A stretch of 64,000 bases of DNA, from positions 52,087 to 116,086 of IMG/VR virus record IMGVR_UViG_3300037418_002133; one strand, 5' to 3'. Source of the stretch: a virus. Position numbers and translations under genes: made by a program. Shown piece by piece: positions 57,185 through 64,000 of the stretch (position 1 is the stretch's first letter; every line of letters begins with the position of its first letter). The notes beneath the pieces were generated by a model, which made no database searches, was not told where the DNA came from, and saw only the letters and a list, made by a program, of their open reading frames with translations.

Positions 57185-60100
57185 CTATTCAAGCTGCTCT
57201 GACACCACGCGGAACACCTCGTTCAGCAGGACTTGCTTGTCCGGATCGTGCCAGATTTCGCCGGGGTTGAAACCGACAACCAGATTTGCATCCAGCTCCT
57301 TGTTATAGACCACCTTGCCAGCGCTCTCGGACGCCTTACCCTTGAGATCAGGTAGGAAGTGGCGCACGGTGATCGAGCCCAACAGAACGATGACGGGCGG
57401 CTTCAATAGGGCGATTTCTTCCTTGAGATAGGGAAGGTAGATATCGATCTCCTTTGCCGAAACCTGTTTTCCCTCCTTCGGCCGCTTGATCAGCGCCGTG
57501 TAGTAGCCGGACGCTTTGGTCAGATCGTTCTCCATCAGCGCTTCCAGCGTCGAACTGAACGCCTCGCTCTGGGTCATCTGACCCTGTTTTTCCTCGCCGG
57601 AATTGGGCGCATCGTAGATCACCATGAACTTCGCTGCGCCGCCCATCATCGGCTTGACGCAGATGCCGTCCTCAACGCGTTCGGCGCGATACTGCGCGAC
57701 CAACTCGCCAAGTTTCGCCTTGGTAAACTTGTCAGTCGCCATGTCGTGATCGATCGGCACGGTCGCATCAATCAGACCGGGAATGAGGTCGCGTTGATCT
57801 TTGATCCGGCTCGGATCCTTGGCCGCGGGAGTTCCAGGCATGACGCTGGCGAAGGCGCCGATCAGATCCAGCTTCTTGATATGTCCGACGTTGCAGCGCC
57901 GGCGTTCGACCCGCTCGGACAGATTGTCGATGCTAGTGAACGGTCCATCCATTCGTGCCTTGACGATCGCCTGAGCGCTCGGCGTGCCGATACCTTTGAC
58001 CCGATTGAATGGGATTGACAGACGGGTATCGGTGAGGATTTCGAACTGGTCGGTCGACAGATTGATATCGGGCATGTCGATCTCAATCCCGGACCGCGAC
58101 GCATCCTTGAGGATCGCCGGCAGCTTGTCTTCCTTCATCAGCGACAGCGCTGCGGCAAAGAACTCGACCTGGAAATTGGTCTTGAGCCACATCGCCTGGT
58201 AGGAGATCAGGGTGTATTCGACCGAGTGCGACTTGTTGAAGCCGTAACCGGCGAATCCTGCGATCTTCTCGAACAGATCGACGGCCCACTCCTCGGTGCA
58301 GCCGACTGTCGCGATACAGCCCGCGACGAACTTGCCACGTTCTTTCTCCATCGCCTCGGGCAGCTTCTTGCCCATGATCTTGCGAAGCTTGTCAGCGTCC
58401 GGCGCCGAATAACCGGCGATCGCGCGCGAGGTCTGCATGACCTGTTCCTGATAGACGAACACGCCAAATGTCGGCTTCAGGATCGGCTCCAGCAGCGGGT
58501 GATCGTATTCGATCGTCTCCAGACCTTGCTTGCGCTTCCAGTAGCTATCCATCATGCCCGATTCCATCGGACCCGGCCGATAGAGCGCGGTTGCTGCCGT
58601 GATGTCCTCGAACGTAATGACGCCGTCCTTGCCCAGCTCCTTGAGCAGGCGACGCATTCCGCCAGACTCGAACTGGAAGATTCCGGTCGTCTTGGCTTCG
58701 GCAAAATTCGCCAGCACCTTCGGGTCATCGAGCGGAATCTGCATCAGATTGACCTTCTTCGAGTGACGCTTGCGAATATAGTCCAGCGTCAGCTTGATGA
58801 TATCCAGCGCTTCAAGCCCCAGAATATCGACTTTGACCAGGCCCTGATCCTCGATAATGTGCTTGTCCCAGTTCATCGTGGCGCCGTCTTTGCGCCGCTC
58901 GATCACGCCACGATCGACCAGATCACAACCACCCACGACGACGCCGGCAGCGTGTCGGCCGTAATTGGTCATGACGCCTTCGAGACGGGTGCAGAATCCC
59001 CAAACCTCGGGTAAGCTGTCGCGGAATTTCGCGATTTCGCTGACCATTTCAGCCGCAACTTCCAGCTTGATGTTGGCGCCGTGTGCCTTCGGTGTGAACT
59101 TGGAGCAGTTGTAATCGGCTTCGGATAGCTCGAACGCCTTACCGACGCCCCTGATCGAGGAAGCCGCGGCGAGCGTTGCAAAGTTCGAGATGCCGGCGAC
59201 GCGCGCCTTGCCGTACTTCTCGGTCAGATATTCGATAATTTCACCGCGCCGACTGGACATAAAATCCAGGTCTGCATCGGGGAGGTCGATACGGTCAGGA
59301 TTGATAAAGCGCTCGAACAGGAGATCGAATCGTATGGGGTCGCAGTCGGTGATTCCAACCAGGTAGGCGACCAGCGACCCGCCGACAGAGCCGCGCCCAG
59401 GGCCGACGAAAATACCGTTGGATTTTGCATAGTTGACAATGTCCATCACGAGCAGGAAGTAGCCGGCGAACCCGAGTTTCTTGAGAACGCCAAGCTCATA
59501 GGACAGTCGCGGCTTGTATTCAGCCGCAAGCTGTTCTTTCGTCGGGTGATGCCCGAACGCCGGCTTTGACAGCCGATCGGACCAGCCCTTAACGCAAGCC
59601 GCAACCAGCGTCCCGAATTCATCGTCAGCCATCTTCGGAAGCGACACAGGCGCTTTCGACCAGGTATAGTGGACCTTGGCCGCGAGCAGGGCGGTGTTTC
59701 TGATGCCGTGATTGAACGGTTTTCGCGCGTCGATGCCACGCTTGGCAAGATTCTCGACCGAGATTTTGCTGGCGCTGATCAACTCGGCGTTGGTCATCGG
59801 GTGCAGATCGGTGAAAACCGGCCGCTCCACCCAGATATCGGACAGTTTGTTGTTGTCCGACACCGTGCTGAAAACATCGCGCGCATCCGATTTCCCGGTT
59901 TCGTAGAGCACCGGGCGCGTCACCAAGGTCGACCACGCGAACTTCTCGGCAAGCTCGATGCCACGCTTGTTGATCGAATCGTAATAGGGTGAATTGATCG
60001 GCGTCAGGGTGACGTAGAAGCTGTCATAACCGACCCTGTTCTGGATCCGAATTAGGGTCGCTTCGGCGTCGGGATGGGTGATCAGGCTTTGCATATCGCC

Positions 60101-60526
60101 GGTTGCGATCGCCACGTCATCGCCCGACAGACCGTCCAGCTCCTTGATGATATCCTCGATGCCTAATTTGGCCGAGAAATAGAACCGCTCGTCTGAATTC
60201 GCCAATGTTAGCAGGCGAAACAACGCCTTAAGCCCGCGCTCGGACATGACGTACCAGGTCAGATAGTATTCGGGCGGCGTTTTCTTGTTTTCCTTGGTCT
60301 TGCGCCATGCGACATCATCGACGATCCGGAGCCGACAGCCGATGATCGGCGCAATGCCGGCTTCCTTGGCTTTGCCGGTAAACTCGATCAAGCCGGTGAC
60401 TGACATTGTATCGGTCAGGGCAACCGCTGTTGCGCCGGCCTTCTTGGCATTTTCGACCAGTTGTTCGACGGTCAGAATGCTTTCGCCGATAGAGAATGTG
60501 GATCGTGCAGCAAGAACCGCGTGCAT
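57185..60526 (-). CDS. dnaE: DNA polymerase III alpha subunit with C-terminal uracil-DNA-glycosylase-like domain
   Basis: PHP N-terminus, GPGRGSVGGSLVAY, FERFINPDRIDLPDADLDF, GYGFNKSH; C-terminal LKEEIALLKPPVIVLLG. Confidence 0.95.
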   Translation of the reverse strand: MHAVLAARSTFSIGESILTVEQLVENAKKAGATAVALTDTMSVTGLIEFTGKAKEAGIAPIIGCRLRIVDDVAWRKTKENKKTPPEYYLTWYVMSERGLKALFRLLTLANSDERFYFSAKLGIEDIIKELDGLSGDDVAIATGDMQSLITHPDAEATLIRIQNRVGYDSFYVTLTPINSPYYDSINKRGIELAEKFAWSTLVTRPVLYETGKSDARDVFSTVSDNNKLSDIWVERPVFTDLHPMTNAELISASKISVENLAKRGIDARKPFNHGIRNTALLAAKVHYTWSKAPVSLPKMADDEFGTLVAACVKGWSDRLSKPAFGHHPTKEQLAAEYKPRLSYELGVLKKLGFAGYFLLVMDIVNYAKSNGIFVGPGRGSVGGSLVAYLVGITDCDPIRFDLLFERFINPDRIDLPDADLDFMSSRRGEIIEYLTEKYGKARVAGISNFATLAAASSIRGVGKAFELSEADYNCSKFTPKAHGANIKLEVAAEMVSEIAKFRDSLPEVWGFCTRLEGVMTNYGRHAAGVVVGGCDLVDRGVIERRKDGATMNWDKHIIEDQGLVKVDILGLEALDIIKLTLDYIRKRHSKKVNLMQIPLDDPKVLANFAEAKTTGIFQFESGGMRRLLKELGKDGVITFEDITAATALYRPGPMESGMMDSYWKRKQGLETIEYDHPLLEPILKPTFGVFVYQEQVMQTSRAIAGYSAPDADKLRKIMGKKLPEAMEKERGKFVAGCIATVGCTEEWAVDLFEKIAGFAGYGFNKSHSVEYTLISYQAMWLKTNFQVEFFAAALSLMKEDKLPAILKDASRSGIEIDMPDINLSTDQFEILTDTRLSIPFNRVKGIGTPSAQAIVKARMDGPFTSIDNLSERVERRRCNVGHIKKLDLIGAFASVMPGTPAAKDPSRIKDQRDLIPGLIDATVPIDHDMATDKFTKAKLGELVAQYRAERVEDGICVKPMMGGAAKFMVIYDAPNSGEEKQGQMTQSEAFSSTLEALMENDLTKASGYYTALIKRPKEGKQVSAKEIDIYLPYLKEEIALLKPPVIVLLGSITVRHFLPDLKGKASESAGKVVYNKELDANLVVGFNPGEIWHDPDKQVLLNEVFRVVSEQLE

Positions 60527-60985
60527 TTACAGCCCCATATCCTTGAGACGAGTAATGGTTAATTCAGCGTTGACATGGGTAATCCATTGTCCGCCGGCTC
60601 TAATCCAACGCTCTCGATACTTCGGCCAGTCATCGATCAGAATGTCACCCGGCTGACTATGCAGAAATTTTTCCGCCGATCGGCAGGTAATCATTCGAAC
60701 ATCCGTACCGAGATACTTGTCGATCCAGGCGCGTTTGTTTGCCGGCGCTTCCTCAACAGAATGAGGCACGCCTGTCAGAACGACGGGCCTGTAACGATGA
60801 ATATACCCCCAGAGAGCCAGAAAATCCGACATGGGCGGCAAATCGCGATAGAAGTTCGGCGTGTTGCGCACCAGCTCCCAATCGACATTGTCGTCGGCCT
60901 TGCTTGGTGCAACACCAAAACGCATTCCATAGCCGGTGTCGAAGTCGGCCAGCACTCCGTCCATGTCGCAAAATAGCTGGATCAT
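60527..60985 (-). CDS. HAD-family 5'(3')-deoxyribonucleotidase-like protein
   Basis: FCDMDGVLADF, ILIDD. Confidence 0.85.
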   Translation of the reverse strand: MIQLFCDMDGVLADFDTGYGMRFGVAPSKADDNVDWELVRNTPNFYRDLPPMSDFLALWGYIHRYRPVVLTGVPHSVEEAPANKRAWIDKYLGTDVRMITCRSAEKFLHSQPGDILIDDWPKYRERWIRAGGQWITHVNAELTITRLKDMGL

Positions 60986-60988
60986 CGG

Positions 60989-61528
60989 CTACAGTTTCCT
61001 CATTCTGAATTGACCATTGATTTCGTCAGCGGCGCCGACCGCGTGAAGCGCCTGGACCGTCTGCAAGGCGTAGGCTTCGGCCGTCCCTTTGCTGACTTTC
61101 AACGCCTGCATGAAAGCCTGCGTCATTTCCATCCGCGTGATGCCTGCATCGCCGCGACTGAGCAGCATATGCGTGGCGACAAACAGGAACCCGAACTTCG
61201 TCTTGCGGAACGGATTGACGCGCCGCTTCAGTGATTCAAGGATTTTGATGCCCTTGGCGTCGATCTCGGTCAGCAAGGCTCTGATCCGCGCCGGCAACTT
61301 GGTGTTGTAGACAACGGATGCGGGATTGACGGGTGTGGACTTCGTCGATCGGGGCTTGTCAGAAACGACCTTGATGCCGCATTCCTCGCGCAGAACGGCG
61401 AGTTGCTTTTCAGCGACCGGACCGCATTGCGCTGCGAATGGGCAACTTCGACATTCGGTCGAGCCGGCCTTGTAAAGAAGGCTAATTCCATAGCATCCTG
61501 GCGCCATCGAAATGTCGAGTTCATCCAT
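60989..61528 (-). CDS. Cys4 N-terminal + putative winged-helix protein
   Basis: GCYG...CRSCPFAAQC; VSKGTAEAYALQTVQALHAVG. Confidence 0.65.
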   Translation of the reverse strand: MDELDISMAPGCYGISLLYKAGSTECRSCPFAAQCGPVAEKQLAVLREECGIKVVSDKPRSTKSTPVNPASVVYNTKLPARIRALLTEIDAKGIKILESLKRRVNPFRKTKFGFLFVATHMLLSRGDAGITRMEMTQAFMQALKVSKGTAEAYALQTVQALHAVGAADEINGQFRMRKL

Positions 61529-62159
61529 CGATCAGGCGCTCCAGTTCTGCATAAGCCTTCAACTCCGCGAAAACCTGTTTCCGCTTCGTCTTGTCACAGC
61601 CCATCAGGTCAAAGACCAAGGCTGAACTGACTTTCCGCTGTGACGGCGCGGCGGGAACACCACGCGACAAGGCGTATTCACGACGCGCCTGTGTTGCGTC
61701 GAGGATCGCGAAAAGCTGCGGGGGCGGGCTCTCCAAAATGCGGATGAATTGCAGCGCATCCTGCGACAGAATCTGATCGTACTCCCGAATGCGATCCGCA
61801 CGCATAATGATCTCGTCGGGCATTTCAGCCTTCGGATCCGCGATCAGTCCGTGGAATTCCGTATCGTTGTCGTCGCTGCCCGTCGCATCGAGATTGAGCC
61901 GAGAATTGCTCTCCATTATCTCTTTGCCAACCCAGCGATTGAGATGATGCCGCGCGCCACGAACGAGGAACGCAACGAACGGGACATTGTGCTCGGGTGA
62001 CCATGCGTCACGCGCCTTGCACCACGCGATGCAGATTTCCTGAAACACGTCCTCGAACTGAACGGACGAGGCACCGGCGTTAAAGCAACGCCGGTGAACC
62101 TGGTGCGCCAGTTTCAACAGCAACTTTCGGTGCTGTTCAAACTCAACTTGCGCTGTCAT
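61521..62159 (-). CDS. sigma-factor-like protein (region 2-like)
   Basis: FEDVFQEICIAWCKARDAWSPEHNVPFVAFL resembles DL.QE...L..A...F.P..G..F.TY. Confidence 0.6.
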   Translation of the reverse strand: MTAQVEFEQHRKLLLKLAHQVHRRCFNAGASSVQFEDVFQEICIAWCKARDAWSPEHNVPFVAFLVRGARHHLNRWVGKEIMESNSRLNLDATGSDDNDTEFHGLIADPKAEMPDEIIMRADRIREYDQILSQDALQFIRILESPPPQLFAILDATQARREYALSRGVPAAPSQRKVSSALVFDLMGCDKTKRKQVFAELKAYAELERLIDG

Positions 62160-63384
62160 TCCCGAAGTACCTCTGAGCGAGTTCGGAAGCGACCTGTTTG
62201 TCAACGACGGTCAGACGATTGGAAAAGGCGAGTTGCATCGCCCAGTTCCAGTGGCCGCCGCGCAACGCGACGATCTTCGCCGCCTCGATCAATTCGCGAG
62301 GCGAGGGCGTCTGCGACACCTTCGCGGCACGGAATTGCTTGCGAAAGTCGGTCGCAAAACTGACGATCTTGGTGGCGTCGCTCATCTTGATGCCGGACTG
62401 ACGCGCGATGATCGCCGATTCGACCTTCGGATCGGGGTAATCCACCTCGATCGTCATGTTGAACCGTGAGTAGTTCGCGGCGTTCTGGATCTGGGTGCCC
62501 TGATAGAGACCCGTCTCGTCGCCGCTGCCGTTGGTGTTGCCCGTCGCAACGAACCGGAAATTCGGATGCGGTCGAATCATCCGCAGCTCGGGCGGCGCGT
62601 CCTTGATGTAGAGCGGCTTGCCTTCGAGCACCGGCTGATACAGCATCGAGACGGCGGGAATGGCCGCGTCGTATTCGTCGGCGCAGTAGACCCAGCCGTT
62701 GAGCATCGCCATCGGCAACGGGCCGAGATTGAATTCGGTGACAGACACCGGCTTCTGGCGAATGGCTTCGTTGCCGTCGCTGTCAGTGTAAACCTCGTCG
62801 ACGATCTTGGTGCGGACCATGTATTGCCCAAGAACGTGACCCTCTTCGGTGCCGATCGTGTGCTGGACACGGAGGAACGGTCGACCCGTTCGAGCTGCGA
62901 CCTGTTCGAACAGGGTTGTCTTGCCGGTGCCGTGCAGACCCCAGGCGTACATGGTCTTGCCCAGTTCATACGCCATCAGCACGATCTTGGTGTTCTCGAT
63001 GCCGAAAACATAGTTGTTGTCGATATCTGGGACCAGCGTGTCGTCGTTGTCGACCAACTCTTCGGTCGAGAAGACGTGAACCTTGAGGGGTTCGCCGCGT
63101 CCGTTGAGCGTCTTCTCGACGGGCAGATCGAACACCGACGCCATCGTCTTACGAACCAGCTTTTCGTCCGCAGCCTTGTCGATCAGCTCGGCACGACGCG
63201 CCTCGACGATGCGCTTGCCTTTGGCCGACAGGATCGGCGCGCCTGGATATGCTTCGAGGTAGCGGGCGACGTTCCAGTCCGGGTGATGTTTGCGGAGATA
63301 AAGCTCGATCGAGTGGGTCAGTCCACCATCAATCTCGCAACGAATTTTGTCGCCAACATAATGCGACGTTTCGACGTCCGACAT
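62143..63384 (-). CDS. CobS/MoxR-type AAA+ ATPase
   Basis: GLHGTGKT, ADEYD, HPNFRFVATGNTNG, SPREL. Confidence 0.88.
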   Translation of the reverse strand: MSDVETSHYVGDKIRCEIDGGLTHSIELYLRKHHPDWNVARYLEAYPGAPILSAKGKRIVEARRAELIDKAADEKLVRKTMASVFDLPVEKTLNGRGEPLKVHVFSTEELVDNDDTLVPDIDNNYVFGIENTKIVLMAYELGKTMYAWGLHGTGKTTLFEQVAARTGRPFLRVQHTIGTEEGHVLGQYMVRTKIVDEVYTDSDGNEAIRQKPVSVTEFNLGPLPMAMLNGWVYCADEYDAAIPAVSMLYQPVLEGKPLYIKDAPPELRMIRPHPNFRFVATGNTNGSGDETGLYQGTQIQNAANYSRFNMTIEVDYPDPKVESAIIARQSGIKMSDATKIVSFATDFRKQFRAAKVSQTPSPRELIEAAKIVALRGGHWNWAMQLAFSNRLTVVDKQVASELAQRYFGNDSAS

Positions 63385-63449
63385 TATAAATTTTCCCCTT
63401 TTGCGTTGTGCTGTCGTGATTCTAATTTACTGATTTACATACGGGATAC

Positions 63450-63465
63450 AAGTCAGAACTGACTT
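63450..63465. promoter_or_regulatory. operator palindrome AAGTCAGAACTGACTT
   Basis: Upstream of the CobS-like gene. Confidence 0.8.
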
Positions 63466-63481
63466 TCTTTTGCAGGGACTT

Positions 63482-63736
63482 TTAAGCGCGGCCGGTCCAT
63501 GACGAACTCCGGATCGGCGCGGATTCAGCCTCGACAGGTAGAGGTTCGCTCTCGACGGGCGAAGCATCCGGTTCGTCAAATTCTTCCCACGGTCGACGGC
63601 CGTACCGCGCGAAATACTCCGCACGCAACAAAGCGAGACGACGGTTAGCGTCACGGCGTCTCGCCACATAAGCGAGAACCTCGTCCTTAGTCCGATAGCG
63701 TAGTTTCATGACGCGCCGTTGCTTGCGACCGATCAT
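63482..63736 (-). CDS. hypothetical protein
   Basis: Overlap with the upstream ORF. Confidence 0.5.
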   Translation of the reverse strand: MIGRKQRRVMKLRYRTKDEVLAYVARRRDANRRLALLRAEYFARYGRRPWEEFDEPDASPVESEPLPVEAESAPIRSSSWTGRA

Positions 63737-64000
63737 TTGCGATATCCCGCTTTGATCAACTGTTCGGCAAGATGCTCAACATATTGCCGTGTCAGCGAAT
63801 TCGGACTAGAGAAGTCCTGATCCGCCTTGATCAGATCCTGCACCAGCGCCTCATGCGGAGAGGGGCGTGGGACTGACGGCTCAGGATCGGGTAGGGCGTA
63901 AGCGCAGTCCGCGCACATGATCGCCCGCTTGTCGCCGATGAAGACGCGCTCTGCTTCCGGCTTGCTGGCACAACCATCACCGTGACATCGAGACAGATAA

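Noticed and set aside
62143-63384. Cobalamin biosynthesis role for the CobS-like gene
   Set aside because: No other cob genes; CobS/MoxR ATPases are common phage proteins
3350-63465. CRISPR array from the repeated 16-bp palindrome
   Set aside because: Copies are kilobases apart in gene leaders, with no regular spacers and no cas genes

Overview
A 64-kb segment of a large temperate phage / phage-plasmid (about 58-60% GC by eye; host probably an alphaproteobacterium, inferred). It has no structural genes. Contents: (i) a GNAT + Tad2-like + ABC-ATPase + two ParB-domain module, SF2 helicase, dNMP kinase, kinase-like protein and a ParA/RHH partition cassette (1-8.6 kb); (ii) an early/leading region of small genes (8.8-28 kb); (iii) rIIA/rIIB, nucleotide metabolism (HD hydrolase, dUTPase, ThyX, class II RNR, MazG-like, 5'-nucleotidase), a DNA methyltransferase, RuvC, SbcC/SbcD, RecA, 5'-3' exonuclease, SSB-like protein, a DnaE-UDG-like fusion, a sigma-like protein and a CobS/MoxR ATPase (28-64 kb, almost all minus strand). 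The main signal is a window-wide pattern in the dinucleotide GG/CC. A 1.22-kb island (8803-10023) has no GG and one CC, and encodes two proteins with no Gly, Pro or Trp; the larger is a recoded paralog of a normal gene 2.3 kb away. About 19 promoter-like sites share CC-N9-CC, most followed by N11/12-GCTATA and a GG/CC-free window. Spacers next to the island are packed with CCATGG. Together with the GNAT/ABC/ParB module this suggests, as inference only, a phage DNA modification at GG/CC that is both avoided and read by the phage transcription programme. Also seen: a 16-bp operator palindrome (about 15 copies), phased centromere-like 8-mers and a candidate ~330-nt pseudoknotted ncRNA. All counts were made by eye and all family calls rest on motif recognition, not database searches.
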